A stretch of 63,579 nt of DNA, filler included, from Collodictyon triciliatum (GCA_043381765.1; 4 parts of 3 records of this genome joined end to end with filler, not necessarily neighbours in it), one strand, 5' to 3'; shown: positions 36,143 through 48,986, counted from the whole stretch's first letter. Made by a program: numbers and translations. Notes: generated from the letters alone by a model not told the origin.

Positions 36143-39100
36143 TTACATTTCTATGTCACGGCGAAGTTTTCTGTCTGTTCTGCTTTTTAGAATGTAAAGC
36201 TGGAAGAAAATCTCAGTGAACGCGCCATATATCAAACTAAAGATCAATAAAATTTTGCCCAAGAAGATTCTCAGAAGATAAGGCCCAGCCTTGGACAAAA
36301 ATATAACTCCGATAGCCCCATTCATCAAAATTATCAAAACAACCATTAAAAGTTGGACAGTTGAATTCAAATTGTTATATCGAAACAAAAGACTAAGCAT
36401 GAACGTGAAGTAGAGAACTATCAATGATTGTAACTGCGACTTTTGTAGAGTTTTAGATATAAATGGATTAAAGTAAACAGTCGAAGCTATCATTATGAAT
36501 AACAACCATAGTCCAAAGTAAATTTGTAATGAAGCGGAAAAAAATGCACCAATCATTACGATAACTAATCTCTGTATCATGATAACAACCTCCCAATACA
36601 GACATTGCTGGGTATATCCATCAACCAAGAACCTTAAAAAAATATAACTGTTTGAATTTGGTTCCCTTAGACTGCTTCCTTTTTTAATTATCACGAACAG
36701 TATGATTAAGGGTCCACCCATGCAATAGCATACCAAGAAAACCAACGATACATTTCTCCAAACCATATACGTTTCATCGTTGCACATGATAGACATATCT
36801 GCCTTAAGGTAACTTTGATTCCCAAGATTTTCACATGGAAATATTTCAGAGATACTAGATGTGACTGAAGGATGAACAAAAAATAGAATCACTAGCGTGG
36901 AATAAACTATTTCTTGTCGGAATTTAGAGAATGTGGTATCCTGCGAAAGACCTCTGATCATTAAGATGCTATTTTTCATCAGGATAATAAGTATCACCAG
37001 AATTGTTAGTATTATGGGCATTAAAATTGAATACATAATTCTTTCATACACGGTCATATTATATTGACATTCCATTGGTAAACTCTCCAACGATAGCGAG
37101 AAAGAAAACAAGGCTGGTATTTTCATCGCTGAAATGATACTTTGACTCCAATTTACATCAAAATTAGCCAAATATGACAAAATTTGGAAGTGCGTAAGTA
37201 GAGATTTGAGAAGTTGAATTTTTTCTGCCTTTGGCTTCCTCGAATGTTTTATCATATAAAAAACAAACGTGAGTGGAATTGAAATGCTCAGAAAAACCAG
37301 GAACTCATTTGCTCCCTTGGACAAGCATTCAATACACATGGTCCCAGTTTTTCCGTATCCCTCCTCGCAAATACTGCATAATGCACCCGTGTATCCTTTA
37401 GCACAAGTATTGTTTCCACCAGAGCAAGACTGCTCATTCAAACATTTGTGTGCCACATACTTTCCATCAATATCTGGAGCTTGCCAATATCCTTTGGCGA
37501 CAATCACGCGACTACTTCCGTCACACACAAATCCTATTGGGCAATCTTCACATCGTTTGCTCTCATAATCCATGTATGTTGATGAGAAACATTTGCAATC
37601 ATCAAAAGAAGTTGACCCCAATAAATTGGTGTATGAATTAAAAGGGCAGTCCTTGCATGAATCTTGCCCAATTACTTCTTTGTAACTACCTGGAGAGCAC
37701 ATGTAGCATTCTCCTTGTTTTTCATACCATCCAGCCCTACATTCGCACATGGAATTGGTCAGGTTAAAGCCTGTTTTACAAATGCAATCATTGAAGCTTT
37801 TAGATTCATTGCTTTGAGTAGTGAATTTGTTTGGACAAGGAAGGCAGAAATTAGTGCTGTTTTCTGACTTGTATGAACCAATCCTGCAAACGACACATTT
37901 ATTACCATCTTCGAATTTCCCCGGAGGACAGACACAGTTACCTTCAAAATATGTGTAAGATTCCATGCAGATGCAATCTTTTACATTTGTTGATCCTTCG
38001 CTTACTGTGGTCGAGCGTGTTGGACATGAATTACATGATGGACTTCTCTCTGAACTGTAGGTACCTCTTGGGCAAAGGAGACACGAAAATTCATTGAATG
38101 TGCCAGTTTTATTGTTAAAGGTTCCAGCAGGGCACGAATTGCACTCACTTTTTTGTAAATTTGAATAGGTTCCTCTAGGGCATTCGACGCATGATAAGCT
38201 GCTGTTGGCACCAAACCTTGGATTGTATGATCCATCGATGCACTTCTTGCATGTAGTTTGCCCCTCAGCGTCAGAAAATGTACCTGATTCACATGGAGAG
38301 CAAACAATAGATTCTGGATCAGAAGAAAAGCTTCCTAATGGACATTTTTTACAGTCAGTGACACTTGTAGATGCAGACTTTGTATTGTTTGTTCCTGCTG
38401 GGCAGGGATGACAGGCTGTTTCCTTTGATATATTAGAATAAGTTCCTGGTTGGCAAGGTGAACAGAAAGTTCCTCCTTTGATATGGTTGAAAAACCCAGC
38501 TGGGCAATCAAAGCAATCTGGTTGTCCCATCAAATTATTGTAAGTTCCAGGTTCACAGCTTTTGCATTCACTTTGACCAGTCATATTGCTGTATTTACCT
38601 TCCGGGCATGAAATACAACTTGATTTTCCTGTTGACGGATTGAAAGTTCCTGTTGCGCATGGTAAGCACGATGATTGGCCACTAGTAGGGTTGAAAGTTC
38701 CTGTTGCGCATGGAAAGCACGAAGATTGGCCACTAGTAGGGTTGAAAGTTCCTAATTCACATTGAATACATGATTTTATGCTTGTAGATCCTTGGGATGG
38801 ATTATATGTCCCAGTAGGACAGAGCAGGCACGAAGATTGCCCATTTGATGGATTATATGTTCCAGCTGGACATATCACACATATGTTTGAAGTTATGTTG
38901 TAAAAATAACCAGCTGCGCAGAGTCCCCAAATATTGATCGTCCTATCGTCACTTCCAGATACAATTTTTGATCCATCTGGTGTGATAACAATACTTTGAA
39001 CGTCGTCTGTGTGACCTGTTAATGAACGAATCAGTGTTCCATCAAAAATGTTCCAAATTTTGATTGTCCTATCGTCACTTCCAGATACGATTTTTGACCC

Positions 39101-40845
39101 ATCTGGTGTAATAGCAATAGTTTGAACGTCGTCTGTGTGACCTGTTAATGAACGAATCAATGTTCCATCAAAAATATTCCAAATTCTGATTGTTCTGTCG
39201 TCACCTCCTGAGAGAATTTTCGAACCATCAGGAGTGACAGCTAAACACATAATATCATCTGTGTGTCCATTAAGAGTACGGATTAACTTTCCATCATCCA
39301 AATTCCAAATCATTATTGTTTTGTCATCACCACCAGATATTATATTAGTGCCATCTGGGGTGATAGTTACACTTCGAACATAGTCGCTGTGGCCATTTAA
39401 GCTTTGAATCAATCTTCCATCTGAAAGATTCCAAACTTTGACCGTGGTATCATAACTTCCAGATACGATAGTTGAGCCATCAGGAGTAACAGCCACACTG
39501 CGGACGAAGTTTGTATGTCCAGTTAGAACTCTAATCAAAGACCCATTGTGGAAATTCCAGATAATTATAGTTCTATCAACACTTCCTGAGACTATTTTTG
39601 AACCGTCTGGTGTGACTTTCACACTGTAAACTTCATCTAAATGACCGATCAATGTAGAATATAAGCTTCCATCGTTGATATTCCATATTTTGATTGTCTT
39701 ATCGGCACTACCAGACAATATTTTTGATCCATCAGGTGTAACTTCAACACTCTGGACGTCATCCGTGTGGTTGCTTATAGTACGAATAAGGGAACCATCA
39801 GAGAGATTCCATATCATGATTGTTTTGTCCTCACTTCCGGACATAATTTTCGAATTGTCATGGGTAAGAACTGCACAGGTTACCTCTTCTGCGTGCCCGC
39901 TCAACGTTCGAATGAGATTACCGTCAGAAAGATTCCATATCATTAATGATTTATCCTCACTCCCAGAAATGATGTTCATATTATCGGAGGTGATAACGAC
40001 ACTACGAACTGCGCGGGTGTGAGCTGTTAATGTCCGAATCAATGTTTTTTCAGATAAACTCCATATAAGAATCATATTATCGCTGCTTCCTGAGACAATT
40101 TTTGAACCGTCATTAGTAACTGCAACACTGTGAACTTCGCCCATATGCCCAAATAAGGTGTGAATCAATGTTCCATCCTTGGCATTCCAAATTTTTATAG
40201 TTTGGTCTCCACTTCCAGATATTACCATCAAACTATCAAGAGTCATCGCAACGCAACGAACAACGCTGGCATGTCCAGTGAATGTCCGAATCACTGTCCC
40301 GTTGTATGTGCTCCAGATTTTTACTGTCTTATCGTAGCTTCCAGATGTTATCATGGAGCTATCGGATGAAATAGACAGGCTGCAGATACCATCGAAATGT
40401 CCGGTCAAATTATGGATCAAACTTCCATCGAAAGCATTCCATATTTTTAATGTCACATCTTTACCTCCAGAAATAATTCTTGAGCCATCAGGAGTAACAG
40501 ATACACAATAAACATCATCCATGTGTCCTGTAATGGTACGGACCAGAGTTCCGTCAGAATGACTCCAGATTTTAATTGTATTGTCGCCACTTGCAGATAT
40601 GATTTTTGAACTGTCAGGATTAAGTGCAAGACTGTTCACGACACCAGAGTGACCACTCAATGTTCTAATCAAGTATTCTTGTCCCAGAACAGCGATTATC
40701 CCGTAATATAATCCTAGTACTGAAAAAAATTAAAATTAAGAAAGTAACGATAACATAGGTAACTGCCAATAATACCTAAAATTAGATTAATCGAGGCAGA
40801 AAATCCTATGGGTGCTGACATTCTAATGATTGAGCATTTTTTCAT
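36143..40845 (-). CDS. Cell-surface receptor-like protein: signal peptide, 14 WD40 repeats, Cys-rich (GCC2_GCC3/ephrin-receptor-like) repeats and a multi-pass TM domain
   Basis: Exon 1 (40776-40845) and a GT-AG intron (40720-40775) join in frame to the 1509-aa ORF, giving MKKCSIIRMSAPIGFSASINLILVLGLYYGIIAVLGQEY-LIRTLSGH. This is followed by 14 repeats of 42 aa (GH...WN), many CxxCPxGTYN repeats, and hydrophobic helices with KSLLTHFQIL and FLVDGY...YWEVV motifs. Confidence 0.9.
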
Positions 40846-43800
40846 AAGTTTCTGATATGTTTTGAATATATACGGTTTAAGAGAAGTGATTCGAGTTCTT
40901 TTGTCTCTAATATCATCTGCAAATTCATAATGTCCAAGTTTATTATTTTCAATAAAGTATTGACATTTTTTTAATTCTTATAAAACTAATTTTAAAACCA
41001 AAAAATAGCAATTTACAAAATTATTTTAGTTTGATTTCATCCTTTTAATTTTTCTTTAGATTTTTGGTTCGGTCATTTCGACTTATTGAGACAGAGATTA
41101 AGATTTAGATTCAGATATTTGTGAAGAAATTGATAAAGATCCAAAAAAAAAAGGTTGATTATCATAGTTTATATCAAAATTCTTTCAGTAAAAAATATCT
41201 TCAAATTTTTTTTATTCTTCGTTTCAATTTTGTGCAGGATGTTGTTCAAGCATATATAAATCGTTTCATACAAAATATATTCGCATTAAGAATTTTGTAA
41301 CATAAAAATATCGAGTTTTATAGTTAAATAAATCAAAAATGATGAAATGGCAGTCGCATCTATTTGAAATTAGTAAATCTGATGTACAGAATTTATAATT
41401 AAATTAAACTCATTTTATTCCTGGAATATTTCACATATCGCCCGTAAAAAATTGAGTACAGAAGTTTAATTATGTTTTACCATAGTATCCTCAGCTTATC
41501 TCATACTTGGGTTATAGTTGAGTTATCCAAGGCATAATTTCCGACTTTTTTTCCCTTTATTCGGAGGTATTATTTCCGACTTAATTTTGATGATTTATGT
41601 GAAAGTTAAATAAACTTTTAAAATGAATAATATTTTGTAACAGGGTCTGTGTTGATTTACATTATAGAAGCCTTTGAGAAATTTTTCAACTTTCAATTTA
41701 TTACCGTGCTACGTGTCTACGATAGAGTGTAACCTGTAAATGAAATAGAGAAACATGCCAGTCAAGTGTACTCCTTGGGTGTTTAAATAATATCTCAGTA
41801 TTATTTTATATATGTTTATGTTGTGCAATGCATGAGACTTACGCGTTATTCTTTCAATAATTTTTGATTTCTAAATGGATCCGATTTGTAGCAGGACGCT
41901 ACATAAGACGTCATTTAATGACTCATATTTTTGAGGTAAAAAGAATTTTTCATGTATATTTTGCTCGTAAGTAGATAAAAAAAACATGATAACTGAGATT
42001 AGATGGTTGGGTATAAAAAAATATGTCTTCGACATGGCCTAGGATATAGAAATAAATCTGCAGGGTCATTCATGAATTCAATATTGTTAGACAGAATGAA
42101 TTTACTTTACAAACTCTCTAAGACTATATTTTGATACAAAGAAATGGAAATGATGTGACATATGCACCAGTAACTCTCATCTAATTACTTTATTTTTTCT
42201 TATCTGTCAACCCTGAACTTTGCTGAATTACATATCGACATGGAGAGCTAAAAGAAAAATATGTCGAATGTATAAAAGCTCAGTTATTTGACCACGATGT
42301 GATGGATCTGAACTCTGCTGAAACTTTGTCGTTTTCAAAAGAATAATGACTAACAAATGTGTTTGTTATTTTGCCTAGATCGTTCTGCTTTGTCCTAGCT
42401 AGTGCACCCAGATCGTGCTGACCTTAATATCAAACTCATTCCCTGATGAGACTAACCCGCACTGGTCCCAGATCGCAATTAAAGCTCTCGACATTGTGTT
42501 TCGGACACAAAATAATCCTCCAGCCCACTAAAAAAAATAAACAAAAATGAATTAAAAAAAAAAGGTGGGAGGGCCACCCGACAGAAAAGCTTCAGTTCCA
42601 GTACGCCACTTTTCGGCTACTTTTAATATTTATTTTAAGTCATATACCAAGGACACTTTGCTGGCCAATTAAAATGCTACAACGAGGGTCACCATTACTG
42701 TGACCCTTGAGACGAACACATACACCAGCCAGCCACCGGTAGGCAGGACACATTAGTTGCTTCAATTCGGAGTTTGTGCATTTTTTTCTGCTTTTTTTTT
42801 TTATCTCTTGATCTGTTTCAGTCAAACAACCACCAGCGAAAAACATCGGAAGAGCCGCACAAAACCAAAACACAAGTGGCATTTGCATCGGGAATTCTCC
42901 GTCTAGTTTGGTATCCTTTGAATTAATGCCTATATTTGGATTTCAGGGGAATAAGACTGCTATTGTATTGTTCTGAGGTGAGCTATTTTGACGTGATTAT
43001 ATGTACCATCAATCCACCGTCTGTGCGTACCATAAAAGTATTCATACATATTTGCTTCGTTGCATCTATACAATATAATATAGTCATCATGAAATGCCTT
43101 TAAATCCCCATACAATCTTTTTTTTATCTCTACAATTACATTTTCGAATACGATATCTAGTCCAGATATAAACATATCCAATCTGTTAGAGAAATGTGCC
43201 ACCAGTCAGGGGTTGCAAAAGTAATGGAGTGGTGGAATAAAATTGAACGAAAAAAAAAATCTTCCAGCCGGATTGATAGTTAGCAACATTTTTAATAAAT
43301 AGCGATGAGGAGAACCAAATCGAATATAGATTATAAATATTTTTTTTATTCTTCCTTTCAATTTTGTGCAGGATGGTGGGGATGTTGGCTTTGGTTCGCT
43401 AGTAATCGTTTGCATGGGCGCTACTTGTTGGCCGGGTGGCGGAGAAGTAGTCTGTAATCAGGAATTGCATCCTGCGGTTTGGCCTGTAGCCTGGGTCTTG
43501 TGCTTGCATGAGAGATACAAATCGAAGTTTAATATCCTTCTCAGCTTCTTTCCACACGTCTCTTCTCACAGGGTCGGAGTAGTAGAGAACATGCAGGTGG
43601 CGAAGGAAGCTGTTGAGGAAAGAGATTTGTATGATGTCATTTGCATGCTTTTCTTTTTTTCTTTTTTTTTTTACTTCACATACGGTAACAAAGTGTTCCC
43701 CAGAAAGAGAAAGGAACCGGAGAAACAAGACGGCCGGGATGAGTGTGCTACGGAAGAAGTATATACGAGCTAAATCTAGACAGCCAATACATTTCCGACA

Positions 43801-44151
43801 GGGTTGTGGGCGTGCGTATGCGCTAGGCGATGCTTAAAAATGGCGAGTATGACACAGGGTATAGAGGGAGAAAACAGATGGGGCTCTGAAAAAGAGGCGC
43901 CACGCCGACAGAGAAACTCGTAATCAAGGGACCTCAGCCAGATGAGACGAGTTTTTTTTTTTTGATTGACGATTCTTTTCAGGTGTTGTTTACGTGGTTT
44001 AATTGCTTGCCTGACAGACAAGAGTATTTTTCTATAGGGTAACTAATGCAGAACGGCGTTGGCCCAACGGCTGAGGGGTAGGTGGATGCGAGTGGCCTGG
44101 ACGTCTCCGCCACGTTCGACTCCAGGCAGCAAGTCGCAAAGTACAGGGGAC

Positions 44152-45171
44152 CTAGGCAAGGATGACAGCCTTGCCGGTGTTTGCACCGACAAAGAGACCC
44201 AGGAAGGCCTCGGGCACCTTATCGAGCCCATTATAGATGGTCTCACGGGACTTGAGCGAGCCTTCCTTGACCCACTTAGCCAGCTGCGGGACGGCGTCCG
44301 GGTACTTGTGCATGATGTCAGCCACAATGAAGCCCTGGAAGATGAGGCGCTTGGTGACGATGTAGAAGAGGTTCTTGACTCCGTAGCGGTCCTTCTCGGG
44401 CGTGTCGTACTGGGAAATCGATCCGCATGCAATGACCCGGCCGTTCAGCTTCATATGCCCGAGCGTCTGGTCGAGCGTCTCGCCGCCCACATTGTCGAAG
44501 TAGATGTCCACGCCTCCAGGGACGCTGCTGGCCAGGAATGCATCGGCCGAGGTTGTCTTGTAGTTGTACGCCCCGTCAAACTTGAGCTCGTCAAGCAGCC
44601 AGCGCACCTTCTCGTCTGTCCCGGCCGAGCCGTAGACCTTGAGGCCCAGAATCTTTGCAATCTGCCCAACAACAGAGCCCACAGCTCCTGCGGCCCCGCT
44701 CACAAACAGAGTCTCGCCTGCGACGGGCTTGCCGATTTCCAGTAGCGGGAGATAAGCAGACAGCCCAGTCAGGCCAAGAATGCCGATGTAGTAGTGCTCG
44801 GGGAAGCCGGTTTCGGCAGTGGGTGGCAAGACTTTAAGGCCTTGGGCCGGCAGGATTTGGCGCAGCTGATACGCGGCAAAGCCTTGCACGAGGTCGCCTG
44901 CTTTGACAGAGGCGTCGTTGGACTCGACAATGCGGAGAACTGCGCCGCCCGACAAGGGCTCGTTGATTTGGAAGGGGCCGATGAAGTAGCCTTTGGTGTC
45001 GTTCATGCGGCCGCGCATGTATGGGTCCACAGAGACGGCGACAAGCTCGGCAAGGACGCTGCCTGCTGGGACTGGGCTGGCTGGCTCGGGCACTGTGCCG
45101 ATGCGGAAGTTGTCTGCGCTCATGTGTGGGCTTGGGCGGCTTTGCAGAAGGACGGCTGTGTTTGTGCTCAT
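44152..45171 (-). CDS. NADP-dependent oxidoreductase (MDR superfamily, PTGR/LTB4DH/CurA type), intronless
   Basis: 339-aa ORF with SVDPYMRGRM, LGLTGLSAY, VSGAAGAVGSVVGQIAKI, DIYFDNVGG, CGSISQY and GANTGK. Confidence 0.95.
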   Translation of the reverse strand: MSTNTAVLLQSRPSPHMSADNFRIGTVPEPASPVPAGSVLAELVAVSVDPYMRGRMNDTKGYFIGPFQINEPLSGGAVLRIVESNDASVKAGDLVQGFAAYQLRQILPAQGLKVLPPTAETGFPEHYYIGILGLTGLSAYLPLLEIGKPVAGETLFVSGAAGAVGSVVGQIAKILGLKVYGSAGTDEKVRWLLDELKFDGAYNYKTTSADAFLASSVPGGVDIYFDNVGGETLDQTLGHMKLNGRVIACGSISQYDTPEKDRYGVKNLFYIVTKRLIFQGFIVADIMHKYPDAVPQLAKWVKEGSLKSRETIYNGLDKVPEAFLGLFVGANTGKAVILA

Positions 45172-45692
45172 CGTGGCTCGAGTCTTGTTGGGTGTGGTGG
45201 CTGGTGTTGTGATGAGTGCATGTGAGTTTCGTAGGGTTTGCTATTGCTGTTGGATTACCTTCGGGCTGTGCTTCTTGGGTCTGGGCTCGTAGGCCGGGCT
45301 TGGGTGAGGTGTTGAGATACAGATTTCAGGATTTGATATCATGACACAAGCTCGTTTCTCCAGTTTTTTTTCGCTTATTATATATCGGTTTGATACTGGC
45401 TGTGTCGGTGGGTTGTGCCGTCTTTGGGTGGTGGCTGCGGAGTAGAAGGTTCTCAAAGATGGGCTCTTTCCATAATAGATAGTACCGTAATACAATTCCG
45501 ATTAAGGAGCAGAGGAATTCTAGAGACAGAAAATAGCTCAATCCTCTTTGGGAGCATCTATCAATCTATTACCTAGTATATTATCCAATTCTGGACTTTA
45601 TGTTTATGAAATTAATTGTTGCTCTTTGAAACCCAGCAAGCACCTGGGCAGCGAAAGCAAGAGCCGTCGTACGCAGGCCTACACATGCTATC

Positions 45693-46575
45693 ATGGATCG
45701 TGTGATCAACGAGGCTCCCAAACGGATCAGCAAACTTAGCCTCAGAAGAAGGCCTCAGCAGATCGAGGTGAGTCGCGAGGAGCCCAGCACGACGACCACA
45801 GGCACGGCTACGAACCAAGCAAATGTTTCAGAGTCAAACAAATCCGCCTCAGGCGCCGTGGATCTCTTTTCACCAAGGCACACCAACAAAGAAGGAGCAG
45901 ATGAACCCCAAACAAGAGAGGACGCTGTACCAAGATCTCTGTTCTTTCTTGGCCAAGAGCAGCCTGAAAAAAGCATCGTCCCACCAGACGAGCTTCCCCT
46001 GCCAGGCAGAAAGGAGTTGCGAAGAAACGGGCGCTCGTGTTGGCCTTTGCCGTCCTCTTCCTTGGAGTTTCAGAAGCACGAGTTAGACCAACTGCCTTCC
46101 TTCCCGAGCGTTGACGAAAATAGACTGCCTACAAGCAAGAAAGTTTCTTTTTTATTTATTTACTTACTTACTCAACCATCTACATCACTCTATTCTAAAC
46201 GGAAGCGCACTCCCTGTTGATGCAATCACACGAGCCTCATTTTCGTTGTCTTGCAATTGAAGCATTTTGACACAAAAATAAATAAATCTTGTCATATTCG
46301 AGGGGTTATCTAAAAGCTTGTTTGCCCTTTTATCTTGTGCAACGATGATTAGAAAAGGAATGAACAAGGCAAAGGCAACATCACGGTTCCTTTTGTGCAT
46401 CCTGACCGTTCACAAGAGAAGGCGAGATACGGCTCGTCATCTGCTCGAAAAAACGGATTTATCGCTCGCGACGCGTTCTTTAGCCACGATACATGGGATT
46501 GAGATACAGTTCCAACGCGATTCCAGTAGCAGCACCGTGCTGGGCACTCTTTGTAGAGGAGCGGGCGGTACGTAG
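45693..46575 (+). CDS. Hypothetical low-complexity protein, probably spliced
   Basis: 175-aa ORF (MDRVINEAPKRISKLSLRR...) with a probable donor near 46143 and a possible downstream exon at ~46410-46575. No recognisable motif. Confidence 0.3.
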
Positions 46576-46869
46576 CGGTTTTTATTCTGGTACAGATACA
46601 TTTTTTTCTCTGGAAACAAAATGGGAGACGCCCAACGAGATAAAACATAGAAATGAAACTTGTTTCAAGACATAGTGCGTTTGGTTGTGGTGAGGATGGA
46701 TGGAGCACAAAAGCATAAAGGTTATCACAAAAAAAATCTTATGAGAGGGCACAATAAAAAGATATTGATAAACAAGTTGGGCGGATAAAGAGTATATATA
46801 TAAAAAAAGAAGAAGGACGGATGATACGATAAAAATTGTGACGTGAAGACGTGATGGATGTGAAGAGCA

Positions 46870-48986
46870 CTATTCTGCAACAGGGGTTGACTCGCTCATA
46901 CTATAGACGAGAGGGCCGTGTGACCGAATGACATAATCAGACGGGCTCATAATAAGATTTTCTAAAGCGAGCATCCACCTGCCTCGGTCTGCCTCGTTCT
47001 CTGATGCAAGGTAATATGTCCGCGTGGGTAAAACAACTGCAAAAATGAAGGAGGTGGCCACTGGCAACGGAACATCTTCCTTCATATATACATATACATC
47101 CTGCAACCTATCGAGTGAGACCGTGTTGATCTTTTCGATGTCCTCGTCTGAGATGTAATACGATAGTTTGTCTCCCTCCATGATGAACCAACGCCGTTTC
47201 CAGGCCTTCCAAGGTCCCACGTCCCCACGTTTCCATAGATAACCCGTTTCGCGTATTTTGATGTGCTTCGGTGAAATACGATATATATATATGTTAATAT
47301 ACTATTTTTTTTTAATTAGAGTTGGTTTTGGTTCAGTATATGTTCGACCAAATATTTACGGTATCATGCAATCACAATCATCAATTACGTTTCGTGGGGA
47401 TGTGCCTGGATTTGTGGGGGATAAATCAAACCCGGACTGCGGGGTCCCTATAAATTCAAATTACTCATATGTCGAGAAATACGAGGATGAGCAGGGATTA
47501 ACAAGTGATATTGTTCTGATTCGGGGAAGAAAATACTACCCAAGAAAAAAAGAGAATGGTGGGTAAATTCAGGCAGAGATGACCTCCATGAAGGAAGAGA
47601 CGTTGATGCGTTGGTCAGTTGTCCGCTTCCCATAGAATCGGCAGTTGACTTGGCCACCCGGTGTACTTGCGACAGGAGGCCAACCCATCGATTCTACATA
47701 TAATAGTTTAACATCAGCTCATCCAATTTTGTTTACGAATGATTACTTAAGACACTAATCAATTTGATTACGAAAATTTCAAAGCAATAAATACGCGCTC
47801 ATTTTCGGACTCGGCCATCAGATAGTAAATCCGATTAGCAGCTACAATCTGGAAGCAATTTCGGGAGATTGACCTAGGCGTGTAGCTATATGGCAGTCGT
47901 GTTTTTAGATACATGAGTCTGAATGATATAAAAAAAAACATCCATTAAATTGGGATTCCCGATTATACATGGCATACCCAGAACCCTCGACTTCATCCCG
48001 TGCGATGCATATATACTGAATAGATATCAACTCTATTGCATTTATAGGTACTGGGCTTTCTTCATCGATAGAATAGAACAACACAGTCCCTTTCAACTCG
48101 AACCAGCGGCGCTTCCAACTCTTTAAAAGTCCTTTGTCCCCTTTCTTCTCTAGATAGCCTTTCAGGACAGGAATCTAGATAAACCAACATTCTCACTTTA
48201 ACCATCCTAACACTAAACATACAAAAAAAAAAAAGGATACAAATCACACTCAACATTGCTCCAGATATAATTTCAAATATTAAATCTCATTCTTTAGATT
48301 AATAAAACGTCGAATTTGGGGGGTCCTTGTCTTATAAATAAGATTGTCTTATATGAGATTATTCAAAACCACATGTAGGAACACATATAGGAGAAACCTG
48401 ATAATGTAGCCGTATGATTCCCTGACATTCCAAAGGTGTGACATATTGCGATACAAGCGAAGTAGTTGCAGACATTACAAGGACTGCATTGTCCTCTATT
48501 CCTTGAACCCTCAGATTCTTCTCATTCTGCACAGGTATATCTAATGGAGAAACACATATGCTGAGAAAAGAGAAAGAGGGGAGAGTCCCAACAATGTCAT
48601 ACTTTGAGATCCCAAAGGTATTAATTATTTGAGAACGATGAATGAATTCTTATTATTAAAAAAAAAAAAAGATAAATGAGAAGGGATCTCATTCAACAAG
48701 ATACGCATTATAAAAATCCACTCTAAACTGGCTTTAAGTTCAGTATGATCAAAGTATACAACTTCTTGTTTTCTTATCTTCTCTTTTTATACAATAGTTA
48801 AGATGATGAATGTGTTTTCCTACGCGATTCGTCCCACTTTGATCCAGCCGGAATCACTTGGATCTTATTAAACTCGAGATCCAGAAGCATCTTCGACGCA
48901 ACTTCGCACACCCGCGCATCAGAGACAGAAAATGCCTTCTCTAAGCCGGGCCCGTAGCGCACAGTGAGCCTGATAGGAAGCTCCAT
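46870..48986 (-). CDS. Tandem PH-domain protein with an N-terminal ubiquitin-like segment
   Basis: PH1: LKGYLEKKGDKGLLKSWKRRWFELKGTVLFYS...CFQIVAANRIYYLMAESENER..W. PH2: ETGYLWKRGDVGPWKAWKRRWFIMEGDKLSYY...RTYYLASENEADRGRWMLAL. N-terminal MELPIRLTVRYG...NEKNLRVQGIEDNAVLVM resembles a Ubl fold. Confidence 0.82.

Noticed and set aside
42440-42530. Hammerhead ribozyme (CTGATGAG on plus; GGA...TCCGAAACACAATGTC on minus)
   Set aside because: The core halves lie on opposite strands, the minus-strand core lacks a complete CUGANGA, and stem I does not pair.
44043-45292. Antisense and overlapping ORFs over the oxidoreductase
   Set aside because: Expected shadow ORFs of a GC-rich gene; no motifs.
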